From NCBI RefSeq assembly GCF_006345805.1, contig NC_043000.1:121520001-121584000 (forward strand): a DNA stretch of 64,000 bases. Direction: 5' to 3'. The stretch comes from Octopus sinensis. Taxonomy: Eukaryota. Position 1 is the stretch's first letter, and the number at the start of each line of letters is the position of its first letter. A program made the position numbers and the translations under genes. Under the pieces are notes generated by a model, which did no database searches, had not been told where the DNA came from, and saw only the letters and a program-made list of their open reading frames with translations. Below, piece after piece: positions 1 to 13,177 of the stretch.

Positions 1-71
1 TGCATTTATATTTATATGTATATATATATATATTTATATACATGCATATATATATATATATATATATATAA

Positions 72-113
<42 letters not shown>

Positions 114-124
114 GCATATATATA

Positions 125-156
<32 letters not shown>

Positions 157-284
157 GCATATATCTATATATAATATACATATATACATATATACATATG
201 CATATATATGTATATACATATATATATGCATATATATATTTATATGTATATATATATGTAAATATACATATATACATATGCATG

Positions 285-318
<34 letters not shown>

Positions 319-375
319 CATACTCCTATATCCATGAATATATGCGTTTGTGTATGTATATATATATATGTATAC
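1..375. repeat. Compound (TA)n/(TACA)/(TATG) microsatellite
   Basis: Direct reading; explains the YI-rich ORFs at 34-520. Confidence 0.95.
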
Positions 376-1040
376 ACACAGAGAAAGAAAAAGAAAGGGT
401 GAGGGAGAGAGATATATATGTACTTGTGTGGTTAGAAACCTTTCTATATGCGTGTACATACGCTCGTAAGCTTCGCAGTGTATATGAAATATAGCTGACA
501 TATATTGATGTCAATAACACTCAACATAATGGATATAGTGTTTAGGAATAATATTTATTGAACAGTAAATGTGTCTGCTAACTACAGATTCATTTATATT
601 GGAGAAATGTTATATCATATTGGGTTGCCCGAGTAATCTGTTGAAATATCATTCAGAATTATTTATATGGAAGACTTTCTCTGTTTATTAGCCGTCTATT
701 AAAATGTGTCATAAGCAACCAAACTGGGAAATATGACACGAGCGTAGCCGCCGATATCTCAGTGAAGAGTCAACAATATAATAGGTTTGATTTCGTTATC
801 GATTACAGAAAGTAGCAGAGAATGAATGGTGTTACGAAACTTAGCTTAAAAGACACGAAAAGCAACAAAGTACTTATTGCATATATGATTTTGTGTAAAC
901 CAAGGTGTGTACATCATTAATATCAATCCAAACAAATGCACATATACATACGTACAAGCATACATAGATACATATCTATCTATATATCTATATCTGTCTT
1001 TCAGTCTATCTATCTTTCTACCTGTTTGTCTCTCTGACTT

Positions 1041-1331
<291 letters not shown>

Positions 1332-1344
1332 ATATATATATATA

Positions 1345-1748
1345 TGGCTGTGTGGTAAGTGGCGCAGGAGTGGCTGTGTGGTAAGTAGCTTGTTTACCAA
1401 CCACATGTTTCTGCGTTCAGTCTCACTGCGCGGCCACTTGGGCAAGGGTCTTCTGCTATAGCCTCGTGCCAACCGAAGCCTTGTGAGTGGATTTGGTAGA
1501 CGGATACTGAAATAAAGCCCGTCGTGTGTGTGTGTGTGTGTGTGTGTATGTGTTTGTCCCCCAACATCGCTTGACAACCGATGCTGATGTGTTTACATCT
1601 CCATAACTTAGCGGTTCGCAAAAGAGACCAATAGAATAAATACTAGGCTTACAAAGAATAAGTCCTGGGGTCGATTTGCCCGACTAAAGGCTGTGCTCCA
1701 GCATGGCCGCAGTCAAATAACTGAAAGAAGTAAAAGAGTAAAAGAGTA
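1345..1748 (+). mobile_element. tRNA-derived SINE family A (head + internal microsatellite + 3' module), full length with duplicated head start
   Basis: Pol III A-box-like TGGCTGTGTGG and B-box-like GTTCAGTCT/CC; >10 homologous copies in the window; ends in (AAAGAGT)n. Confidence 0.9.
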
Positions 1749-4493
1749 ATATATAGTCTAAAATATACACATACACGGCAATATCTAAACATGATATACA
1801 TCTAACAGATCGGTCAAACCAGTGTTGTATACACATGTTATAATCTTTCCTTTTCCGCAAAAAACGTTTCTATGAAAGACTTTGACTAGGCAAAAGTTCT
1901 GACATACTTACCCCAACCATGTTTGTAGCATTCTACGTGACTATTATGGAAAACAAAATGGTACGAAAAGTAAGTCTATAATATTCATTAGCGATAAGCA
2001 TAATGTACTTAACGTAATGGCTATACCGGAAACATCGAAGTCTCAAAGTAAAAATTTAGAGACGTTTCCATACTAAAATCTATCACGTAGAACAGTAAAA
2101 AAAGTAGATAAATAAACTGTCTATGAGAACACAATGACGAAGTTTCTAGATACATTCTCATTACAAGAAAAGCACACCACATACATCACAAGATATTAGC
2201 ACAAATATAACTAATGCATATATAGAAAGAGCCAAAGCGGAAGTCCACAAAGATGCAAAATATATCAGTTGCAAAACTTCTACATCGAATAAAAATAAGA
2301 TTATCACCGCGAAAGAAAAACTAGAAAACAAACGAAAAATATAAGAAAAACAAGATTAAAACGAATAATAATGAGCGTCGACACTTTTTATAAGAAAATA
2401 GAGTGAATAATGGAAAATAGGAGAGAACGGGAGAGAACACACATAGGCCCATATACTCTTAATCTCGCCCACACATACAACATTCCTATATACTCACACA
2501 CGCCATTTTTATATACAGACATGCGCTTGCGTACCGTAGTTCAGCTGGGTTACTGTTGTTATCGCCCCTTCAATCAGCCTCTTCCTTCTGGTCATTTCAT
2601 CATGTTGAACCGTTTATCCCGACATATTTTTGTTTCTTTCGTTCTATTTCCATTTTCCCCTCTCAACATTTTCTGTCGAAGAGCGTAGGCTTGAAATATT
2701 CAAAACTTTTTCATATCCCCGCGCATCAAAGACAACACCTGCTGGTGGTTCCCTCACCTGTCTTTTGTTTTCTCTAAATTTGAACTGTATTCATACACAT
2801 ATGCGGAGAGCGTGGTGCGATTTGGAACAGAGATTGATTCTGTTTATTCAACTAAACGAATTGAAGCATATGTCCACGCTTCTCTGTGTTAATCGGGTTC
2901 AAAATTTAAAGTGAATTTTAAAAAAAGAAATGAATGCTGGGATAATGTAAATATCCTATGCCCCTCTTTAGACAAAGTAACAACACCCGTTTTCGCTTTT
3001 TCGTAACTGGTAATGAGGAAAATAATAAAAAAGAACAAAAATAAAAACACGAAAGAGAACACTTATTCAAACAGCTTTGTGTAAATGTGATAGAATTCGT
3101 CTGTGCTTTCACTCATTTCTCAGATATATTTGTCCTCATGCATTTTAATAACTAAAAGTGCAGCAGAGTCAGCATATGGTCTCTGAAAATGCACTTTCAA
3201 GTGTTACTCAAAATATCAGCCGTTTGACAAAAATGTTCGGCAAGTTCAGTCGAACTATTGCAATTATGTCTGACGTCATACATAAAAGTATTAAATCTGT
3301 TATTTTAATTGTTCTTTTGTACAGCCATTATAAATTCAGTTGTGTTTGGTGCTTTCCACTGCGTACACCAAATTGGTACCTTTACAGATCCCGACTTTGC
3401 ATCGATCATTACGATTCTGCTATGACTTGATAAATGTTCTTGCGCAATTTACGGGGCTTAACCTCACATTCAACTGTTGTTTTTCGGAGTGCAGCATTCA
3501 GATTCTCTATTTGTTGTTTTCTAGGGATTAGAGGTAGTGGCTAATGGATCTCTTATATTTCATTGCATCAAAAGCTTGCAATAGTCAGCTGAGGGAATAT
3601 TGCTTAAAACTAGGAGAGTTTTTTTTTTAATATACTGGTAACTCTCATGCAACATTTTTGAAATATCAGTGAAATTTTGGGGCCAGTTAATACCTAAAGG
3701 AATTCTATCACACATTACGAGAATCAGAGCGTTGGTGAAGCTAAATGTGGGATGACGCGTGCTCGCAAAATAACCCTCACTATTTCACCATCTGAAAACT
3801 TAAATTTTGTGTCCAAAAATCAACGCCAGATTTTGAAAAACTAGATAGCAATTTTATATTGAACTTAAAGCCATAGTCACATCATACAATTAAGTATCCC
3901 GTCACGAGGGATAAAACGGATTTATACTGTCATAGGGGATTACTAGAAACATCCAAATGTTTTTACACGCCATTATGTCAGAACGCGGTTACTGTGACTC
4001 ACAACTAAAGGAAATCGTAAATGACATAGCTAAAATTAACGAGGAAAGTCAAACATTAACATATAATTTTAGCAGCCGAGGTAAAATTTATTATCAAATT
4101 CATTTAGCGATTGACTGGCTTCGATTTGCGTGGTCACCGGCATATTTCAGTAAAGGATATCCTCGTTTCAAACAAATATTCACTAAGTTACATATCGCAA
4201 CGTTTAGACGCAATATAAATATAAAATTTCTATTAACCATTATCTCTAAACACAAGAAAGCTACAATTGGATTACTGGCGTCTGGCTCGACGTTCCTTGT
4301 GGTAGACCATACAAAATTACCTGTGAGCTTTTAAATAGAGTTATAAATTTTCTTGTTAATGAGAAATACATTACAAGAGCTGTGAAAAATTTACCTGCTA
4401 TATTTCTCGCTAATTCTGCCCTGTACAGAGCATTATAACATATAACCTACCTTAACCGAGCCCGCCGCTTTCTAGTATTAATACTATAGACAA

Positions 4494-4735
4494 TAAGGCG
4501 GTGAGCTAGCAGAAACGTTAGCACGCCGGCAATATGCCTAGCGGTATTTCGTCTACCGTTACGTTCTGAGTTCAAATTCCGCCGAGGTTGACTTTGCTTT
4601 TGATCCTATCGGGGTCGATAAATTAAGTACCAGATGATCACTGGGGTCGATGTAATCGACTTAATCCCTTTGTCTGTCCTTGCTTGTCACCTCAATGTTT
4701 AGCCCCTTGTGAGCAATAAAGAAATAAGAAATAAG
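4494..4735 (+). mobile_element. tRNA-derived SINE family B monomer
   Basis: Head TAAGGCGGTGAGCTAGCAGAA, B box GAGTTCAAATTCC, tail GCCCCTTGTG..TAAAGAAATAAGAAAT; ACTATAGA on both flanks (possible TSD). Confidence 0.85.
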
Positions 4736-4767
4736 AATACTATAGATAGTACTGCCCCGCATATACT

Positions 4768-5177
4768 TATTTCTTTACTACCCACGAGGGGTTAAACACA
4801 GAGAGGACAAACAAGGACAGACGAACGGATTAAGTCGATTATATCGATCCCAGTGCGTAACTGGTACTTATTTAATCGACCCCGAAAGGATGAAAGGTAA
4901 AGTAGACCTCGGCGGAATTTGAACTCAGAACGTAGCGGCAGACGAAATACCTATTTCTTTACTACCCACAACGGGCTAAACACAGAGAGGACAAACAAGA
5001 TCAGACAAACGGATTAAGTCGATTATATCGACCCCAGTGCGTAACTGGTACTTAATTTATCGCCCCCGAAAGGATGAAAAGCAAAGACGACCTCGGCGGA
5101 ATTTGCACTCAGAACGTTGTGGCAGACGAAATACCGCTAAGAATTTCGCCCGGCGTGCTAACGTTTCTGTGAGATCG
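4768..5177 (-). mobile_element. SINE family B dimer (two ~184-bp core units behind one head)
   Basis: Core repeated at 184-bp spacing (B boxes near 4921 and 5105); CCGCATATACT at 4757-4767 and 5178-5188 flanks it. Confidence 0.85.
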
Positions 5178-5494
5178 CCGCATATACTACTCTGTATAAA
5201 TTATCGGCAAGGTTGTTAAGAGGAGCACATTCAGCGCCAGGGTCTGGGTCGCTCGTAATTTTTTTATTCCTATATATACATTCTTTGTTAATCATTCTCG
5301 TCATTATTAGTACTACTATAATTTTCAATAACATTATTATTTCTACTCGGGTCCATATGTTACTCAGGGGATATAAGCTCTAACTTTTGTTAATTTTGCT
5401 CACATGCATAAATAGATTCTTCATTCCATTGCGTCCATTTTTAGGAAATTTTCCATTCTGGTTTACTGTTCCTCCTACATTTTATTTCTTCTTA

Positions 5495-5699
5495 TCTTTT
5501 TCTTATACTTGTGTCAGACATTTGACAGCAGTCATGCTGGAGCACCAACTTTAATCGAATAAGTCAATCGAAGGACATATTCTTTGTAATCTATTGGCTC
5601 TTTTTGCCGAACCGCTAAGTGACGGGGACGAAAACACACCAGCATCGGTTGTCAAGCGGTGGTGGAGGGACAAACATAGACACAAACAACAAACACGTT

Positions 5700-5745
<46 letters not shown>

Positions 5746-5760
5746 CAAATATGTATATGC

Positions 5761-5844
<84 letters not shown>

Positions 5845-6006
5845 TATATATTATATTATATATATAAACGACGGATTTCTTTCAGTTTCCGTCTACGAAA
5901 TCTGAGGCCATAGTAGAAGAAACTTGCCCAAGGTGCTTCGCAGTGGGATTGAACCCTGAACAATATGGTTGAGAAGCATGCTTCTTACCACACAGCCACT
6001 CCTGCG
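5495..6006 (-). mobile_element. SINE family A with long (~165 bp) internal (TA)n
   Basis: Reverse complement of the 1345-1748 element. Confidence 0.9.
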
Positions 6007-6769
6007 TTTATATCCATTATATTTGTCTAATTATTCATCCTAAACAACAATATATAATCATGTAAATTCGCCTAAATTTAGGTAAATTGAAAACTTCACT
6101 TCGTTAATAAATTTATTGTGAGCCTTAAAGCGGGAGATATTAGGTATGATACTAAATGGTCTATAACATATAGCAGGCTACCTTATAATGGATGGATACC
6201 AGAGTCTAACTTATCCCTTGAGGAGATGCTACATGTCCCTTATCTAATTATATTTTATTATTTTAATTATCATGATTCTAAAATAATATCCTCACCTTAA
6301 TTACGTTTTATTACTTCAATAATTATGTTTTTAAAAAATAACACCTCTTACTTAATTCCCTATTTATATTTCATTATTTTAATTATTATATATTTTTGAT
6401 AATTTTTAAAACCTATCTTTTAATTTTTAATTATATTTTAAGTAGAACTTTCAGTTATTTTAATCATTGATCTCTAACTTTTTAATTTTTTAAATTTCAT
6501 AACACAGTGTATACTTTTTTTCATATTGGATTGCATATGATATACTTCAGAATGTAATTATATGGCAAATGTCAATTAGAGTAAGTAGTCTATGATTTAA
6601 TTTTAGTCTCTGTTATTTACAATTTTATTTTATATTCTAAAATTGCTTGGTGTGATCTATTTATCTAAATTTGGAGTTTGACTATTAAAAGAGATGGGTG
6701 TTCTTCAAGTGAATAGTACCGTATCTCCTGTTATATTTTCCTTTAAAGTCCAACCCGTTTTGCTCTAGA

Positions 6770-7345
6770 CATTACTCTTTTACTTGTTTCTGTCATTTGG
6801 CTGCGGCCATGTTGGAGCACCGCCTTTAGTCGAGCAAATCGACCCCGAGACTTATTCTTTGTAAGCCCAGTACTTATTGTATTGGTCTCTTTTGCCGAAT
6901 CGCTAAGTAACGGGGACATAAACACATCAGAATCGATTCTCAATCAACGCTGAGGGAAAAAACATAGACACACAAACATACACACACGCATATAGATATA
7001 TACATATATAAGACGGGTTTCTTTGAATTTCCGTCTACCAAATACACTCAAAAGGTTTTGGTCGGCCCGAGGCTATAGTAGAAGACACTTGCCCAAGTGT
7101 CTTCTACTATGTGTGTGTGTGCGTATGTATGTTTGTGTGTTTGTGTTGTCCACCCAACATCGCTTGACAACCGATGCTGGTGCGTTTATGTCCCCGTCAG
7201 TTAGCGGTTCGGCAAAAGTGACCGACAGAATAAGTACTGGACTTACAAATACTAAGTCCCGGTGTGGATTTGCTCGACTAAAGGCGGTGTTCCAGCATGG
7301 CTGCAGTCAAAAGACTGAAAGAAGGAAAAGAGTAAAAGAGTAAAT
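6770..7345. mobile_element. Two head-truncated family A SINEs fused head-to-head (fold-back)
   Basis: Minus copy 6770-7093 joined to plus copy 7094-7345 at the palindrome ATAGTAGAAGACACTTG-CC-CAAGTGTCTTCTACTAT. Confidence 0.85.
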
Positions 7346-7920
7346 AAAAAAAAACATACGCAAAACCCTGTTATTTTGTGTGTGACAGCATTTGTTGTCT
7401 GCAAGCAACTGCAAGCAAATGAAATAGTGACGAAATTCATCTTTACGCACTCCATATGACTCCTCATAACTTATTTTATTTATTGGAATTTTCAGCATAT
7501 TTTTCTCAATATTTTACTAAGTATTATGATTTCACACGACGTACAAAATTTGAAGTCATACACGTAACAGCACAATCCATTAATCATTCCAATTACCTGT
7601 CTACCGCTTATTTTATCGATATCGACCCCAGATAGATCAAAGTTCTGTTCGTTATATGAAAGCCTTAATTACCACGAAATGTTTTGGCGGAAGGTCTTAA
7701 ATATTTATCCACTCAAGATTCTCTCTCTAATTGTTTGTATCTCTATATTTTACTTCGAGAGGCACAAACATATTCTACTGATGTTTACAGTTGACCATAA
7801 TAAAAATCGATAAAATGAAGCCCTATTTATTGTATGGTAGCTACTTAGGAAACATTCCCAACAACCTCCATATTTTTATCACAAAAATTACATGCACTAA
7901 CTTGTTTTTATAACACTGAG

Positions 7921-7989
<69 letters not shown>

Positions 7990-8017
7990 AGAAGATTACC
8001 ACTTCATATACTCTATA

Positions 8018-8430
8018 CTCTCTTTTACTCTTTTACTTGTTTCAGTCATTTGACTGCGGCCATGCTGCAGCACCGCCTTTTAGTCGAGCCAATCGACCCC
8101 GGAACTTATTCTTTGTAAGCCCAGTACTTATTCTGTCGGTCTCTTTTGCCGAACCGCTAAGTGACGGGGACGTAAACACACCAGCATCGGTTATCAAGCA
8201 ATGCTAGAGGGACAAACACAGACACACAAACATATACATGCACATACATATATATATACATATATACGACAGGCTTCTTTCAGTTTCCGTCTACCAAATC
8301 CACCCACAAGGCTTTGGTCGGCCCGAGGCTATAGCAGAAGACACTTTCCCAAGATGCCACGCAGTGGGACTGAACCCGGAACTATGTGGTTGGTTAGCAA
8401 GCTACTTACCACACAGCCACACCTGTGCCT
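8018..8430 (-). mobile_element. SINE family A, full length
   Basis: Homology to the other copies along its whole length. Confidence 0.9.
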
Positions 8431-9203
8431 ATATATATACCTGATTTTATGAAATCACACTTGGCGAAACAACCTCAATACGTGACTACCATTTTCGCTT
8501 GCCCGACGTCAGAAATATTACAAGCAATTATAACATACGGTGGATTTGTACATATGCCATGAAAATATTTACAAAAAATATTCAAACATGGGTTAATCTG
8601 CAGCAGCTGACCAAATTTGTTTGGCAGTGTATCGATCCAGGGCAATAAAACGGGGTAACTAACTTGAAATTCTGAGAGCAAGAATCCGAGCAAATTTTCT
8701 CCAATACTTTATTGAATATGACAATCAGATTTCTTTTCATTAGGGTAAGTAATATCTCTCTGACTCAAAATATTACCTTATATTGCTTTAATCAGGGTAT
8801 GTTTATTTTAACAAATTTATCTATTTCCCTTCCAACCCGCTGGGTTGGTGATGAAAACAAAAACGAGTTAATACGCGTTTCTGCCATCGGCATCAAACAC
8901 CAAAACGGCATGACATCAGCATCAGCCTCAAAACGGCAAGGAATTGTGTTTGAAGTCTAGCATTTCCATTCCATAATTATAAAAATTCCCGTTCCTTAAT
9001 TTCGCTACGCAAAATTATTTTTCTCGATATTTTAAGTTTGTTTTCGATGTCGACTCTACTATTATTTACATTAATATGTAAGTTGTCCGAGATGAGTTAT
9101 GACAATAAAGATTTATGCCGACACGAATTGAATGTTCCAATGAGAAAAAATTGAATCGTGTGGTATTTTGTTGATGTTGAGGCGACTAACACAGACACAG
9201 AAG

Positions 9204-9248
<45 letters not shown>

Positions 9249-10111
9249 CTGTTGCCAACTGCAAGCAAATGAAATAGTGACGTATTTCAAGAGAGCACAC
9301 TGAGCATATCCTTAAAATATCGGTCAAATACCTTGTTGCATTTAAATTGTATGATCCCAAGCAAATGTCTGGATTTATGTCAGGGTGGTGGCTTATAAAA
9401 AGAATATATGTGAATGTAATCTATGGACTGCCCAGTATATTCCATAAAAAATATATGTGAATGAAGTCTATTGATTACCCTGTATGTTCCATGTAAACAA
9501 AACACACCAAGTACTTGACTAAAAATCACAATGTTTCGTCCGCCTGATACCGCCGCCAGAGAGAACTTATTAGGTATTTAGTCTTCATCAGAAAACACTA
9601 TGTTCTCCTGTTACATATGCATCAATCATTGACATTTCGGATGTTCTGTCGAAAATATCGTTAGATGACATTTCCAAAAATCTTTATCTCAGAGCATTCA
9701 TTTCTTTTCAAAACATCAATTTTTATGAAATCTTATCACAAAGTGAAAATAGATTTGCAGAGTAGTATTAACATCACTGAATAAATTAAACACTGTCATA
9801 ACATTTCGTGATTATTATTTCTTGTTTTTGTTTTTGTAAATGTTTTAAAAATATAATTCGATTATCACTCTGACATCATTCGGTGAAGGATCATCGTAAA
9901 TTTTATTCAACTAAATATCACACAATTTAAATTTTTCTCATTTGAACATTCAATTCGTGTCGCCATATTTCTTTATTGTCATAGCTAAATAAACTCTCTC
10001 GTTCTATTGTATCTAGCGGCATAGGCATAATAAATCTATTTTCCATGAAAGCAATGTTAAAAATGTCAATCGGTTGACACAGTTTCTATTTACTAAATAA
10101 CGATATTTTAT

Positions 10112-10275
10112 AGGCGTAGGAGTGGCTGTGTGGTAAGTAGGCTCCTTACAAATCACATGGTTCAGGGTTCAGTCCCACTGCGTGGCACTTTGGGCAAGTG
10201 TCTTCTACTATAGCCTTGGGCCGACGAAAGCCTTGTGAGTGGATTTGGTAGACGGAAACTGAAGGAAGCCTGCCG

Positions 10276-10309
<34 letters not shown>

Positions 10310-10455
10310 TACATATATATATATATATAAATACATACATACATATATATGTGTGTGTGTGTGTGTGTGTGTATGTTTATGTGTCTGTCGCCACAACATC
10401 GCTTGACTAAAGGAGGTGCTCCAGCATGGTCACAGTCAACTGACTGAAGCAAGTA
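10112..10455 (+). mobile_element. SINE family A with internal deletion in the 3' module
   Basis: Head and microsatellite intact; ATCGCTTGAC is joined directly to TAAAGGAGGTGCTCCAGC. Confidence 0.85.
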
Positions 10456-10958
10456 AGTAAAAGTAATTACGTAAGTAAAGCAACAAACTTAAACAAAATC
10501 TTGCTTGTTTGTTTTTCATCAAATTCCATTTTCCTGTTAGTTATGCTGCTGTTTAGAGCGGCAAATTGGCAGTGTCGTTAAATTTCATTAGATGACTAGC
10601 ATTATTTGTTTCGACTTGCTGGATTCATAGTTCAATGACACCACACTCATATCAAGTTTTCTTCATCGGGGTCGTTAAAATGATGCTATACTAGGTTGGT
10701 GGATCGGCGATTCTCTAAAAGCTTTGTTTCTCTTTCTGGTACTTTCCGTTCAAAATTCAACGTAGGCGGAATTATGTGGTAAGAAGTTTGATTCTTAACC
10801 ATATGATTCTTGATCCGGGCTATAATCGAATATGTATTGGGCATGTAGCTTCTCAGCTAGCCTTGACCCACTAATCACTGCTACGCGGCTTTCGTTGACG
10901 GAAACTGAAAGACGCTAGTATTATACGTATGTGTACACACACACACACATACACACAA

Positions 10959-10990
<32 letters not shown>

Positions 10991-11158
10991 GAAATTGACT
11001 GCTGCTAATTATTAGCTGCAGGCTGGTTTTTTCGGGTCTCAACGCGCCAAAGTAAAGGCATTTGAATGATACATTCGAATGTAATAGGTTGAACTCTATG
11101 CACGCGATACTCCGGTATGGTTTTTGCATCTAGTCCAGCAAATTATATTCATAACGGA

Positions 11159-11222
11159 CCATGCTGATGAATGTTACAGTTATCCTTGCGGATAATAATA
11201 ACCGAAACTAATCAGTACATGG
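11159..11222 (+). ncRNA. Type I hammerhead ribozyme fold (one mismatch at 10.1)
   Basis: Stem I CCATG/CATGG; core CTGATGA (11164-70); stem II GTTA/TAAC + TTATCC/GGATAA; GAAA (11204-07); stem III ACT/AGT with loop AATC; GUA cleavage triplet (cut after 11217). Confidence 0.75.
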
Positions 11223-11380
11223 GTAATTATTTTATTTCGTATATTTTCACTTGTATATTGCTTTGGTTTTGTGCTGAGTTTGATTTGAGAACATAATCTT
11301 TGTGGAGAATGGTGATTTGACGTCTATATCTAGCATGTTGACTGTCCACTTTTCGTGTTCAGTCCTTAATTGGTATATAC

Positions 11381-11455
<75 letters not shown>

Positions 11456-11457
11456 CG

Positions 11458-11860
11458 CTTACTCTTTACTCTTTCACTTGTTTCAGTCATTTGACTGCGG
11501 TCATGCTGGAGCACCACCTTTAGTCGAGAAAATCGACTCCAGGACTTATTCTTTGTAAGCCTAATACTTATTCTATCGGTCTCTTTTGTCGAACCGCGAG
11601 GTTTCGGGGACGTAAACACACCAGCATCGGTTGTCAACCAATGGTGGCGAGATAAACACAGAGACACGAACACACACGTACATATATATATATATACATA
11701 TATACGACGAGCTTCTTTTAGTTTCCGTCTACCATATCCACTCACAAGGCTTCGGTCGGCCCGAGGCTATAGTAGAAGACACTTGCGCAAGGTGCCACGC
11801 AGTGGGACTGAACCCGGAACCATGTTGTTCGTACGCAAGCAATTTACCACACATCCACAC
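11458..11860 (-). mobile_element. SINE family A, full length
   Basis: Homology to the other copies. Confidence 0.9.
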
Positions 11861-12387
11861 CTACGGCTAATGTCGTGTGTGTGTGTATACTTTTGTTTTT
11901 TTTTCCGACAGTGCTTCACAAACTGGTGCTTACAACTCCGTGAAATGACGTTTCGGCACGGAGACACTTCGAATAGGCAGCAGCTTAAAATAAGTAATGG
12001 GGCCAATCCGTTCGTCGCAAGACTTCAAGGCCGCATTCTTGTATGGTTGTAGCAATGACTGAAACAAGTAAAAAATATACGATAAAAGATACCCTAGAGC
12101 TTAGTTTTACCTTTCTTTAACTCTCAAAACCACCTGGTTTCGACTTCGGTTCCACTCCACGTCAGACATATACAAGCCCACATATGTTTAAATACAAATA
12201 TATTATGTACACACACACAAATACACATTCACACACACATACACTCGCACACACACACATATAGGCCGGGTTTCTTTCAGTTTCTGCCAACCAAATCCAC
12301 TCACAAGGCTGTATATATTTTTATTGTTCCCCACCATTATTTGAGAACCGATGTTATTCTATTTACATTCCCGTAATGTAGCTGTTT

Positions 12388-12621
12388 GTGGAGGCGCGTG
12401 GCTTAGTTGTTAGTGTGCCAGCACCATCATCGTAAGATTGTGGTTTCGATTCCTGGACCGGGTGACACGTTGTGTTCTTGAGCAAAACACTTCATTTCAC
12501 GTTGCTCCAGTCCACTCAGCTGGCAAAAATGGCGTCCCGTTAAGCTGGGGGAAAACAGACGCCATAGAAACCGGGAAAACTGATACATGAGCCTGACTAG
12601 GCTTTAAAAGGGCGCATTTAT
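12388..12621 (+). mobile_element. tRNA-derived SINE family C (tail type 1)
   Basis: Head GTGGAGGCGCGTGGCTTAGT, B box GGTTTCGATTCC; homologous to 57465 and 61643. Confidence 0.85.
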
Positions 12622-12904
12622 ATTTTGTTTTATAAATCTAGCTTTTTGGCGAAGGAAACCAGACTTAATAATTCAGTTGTAGAACGATTTGCTTGACTAG
12701 ACTATTCAAGGCGTGCTCCTGCAAAGCACAGTCCAGTGACTGAAATAATTAAAAGACGATTTTTTTGTTTTACTAATAGTTTAACCTCCGTTGTGACTGT
12801 TAACTTCTATTAGGAGTTATCTGTTTTTCTGGTTTTCCTTAACAACATTTGTGTGTATTTTTATAATGCATATTTTTCATTCTGTCAGGGGAGAGGTCAG
12901 AACT

Positions 12905-13139
12905 TCTCTCTTTTACTCTTTTACTTGTTTCAGTCATTTGACTGCGGCTATGCTGGATTACCGCCTTTAGTTGAGCAAATCGAGCCAAAGACTTATTCTT
13001 TGTAAGTCTAGTACATATTCTATCGGTTTCTCTTTTGCCCAACCGCTAGATTACGGGGACGTAAACACAACGCCATCATTTGTCAAGCGATATTGGAGGG
13101 ACAAACACAGACACAAAAACATATACACACACACACACA

Positions 13140-13177
<38 letters not shown>

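Noticed and set aside
1361-1440. tRNA genes at SINE heads
   Set aside because: A/B-box-like motifs only; no complete cloverleaf, and they continue into repeat bodies found in many copies
1910-1940. Minus-strand micro-exon candidate (NATNMVG, donor GGG|GTAAGT), and similar candidates at 4321-4379, 17271-17341, ~37790-37830 and 56157-56280
   Set aside because: Splice-like signals with short open frames are expected by chance; they do not join into a consistent, recognisable protein
3957-4334. 125-aa ORF (MSERGYCDSQLKEIVNDI...)
   Set aside because: No recognisable domain; the RGY resemblance to PLE RT is too short; no consistent splice structure
6118-6300. Peptide KWSITYSRLPYNGWIPESNL resembling a chromodomain
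   Set aside because: Only a few matching residues, no N-terminal half and no retroelement context
7406-9282. Identical 27-mer CAACTGCAAGCAAATGAAATAGTGACG at 7406 and 9256
   Set aside because: Most likely two remnants of an unclassified repeat; no structure or boundaries to interpret
9525-9600. Minus-strand CTGATGA ... GAAAC pair
   Set aside because: No complementary stem I or stem II, so not a hammerhead fold
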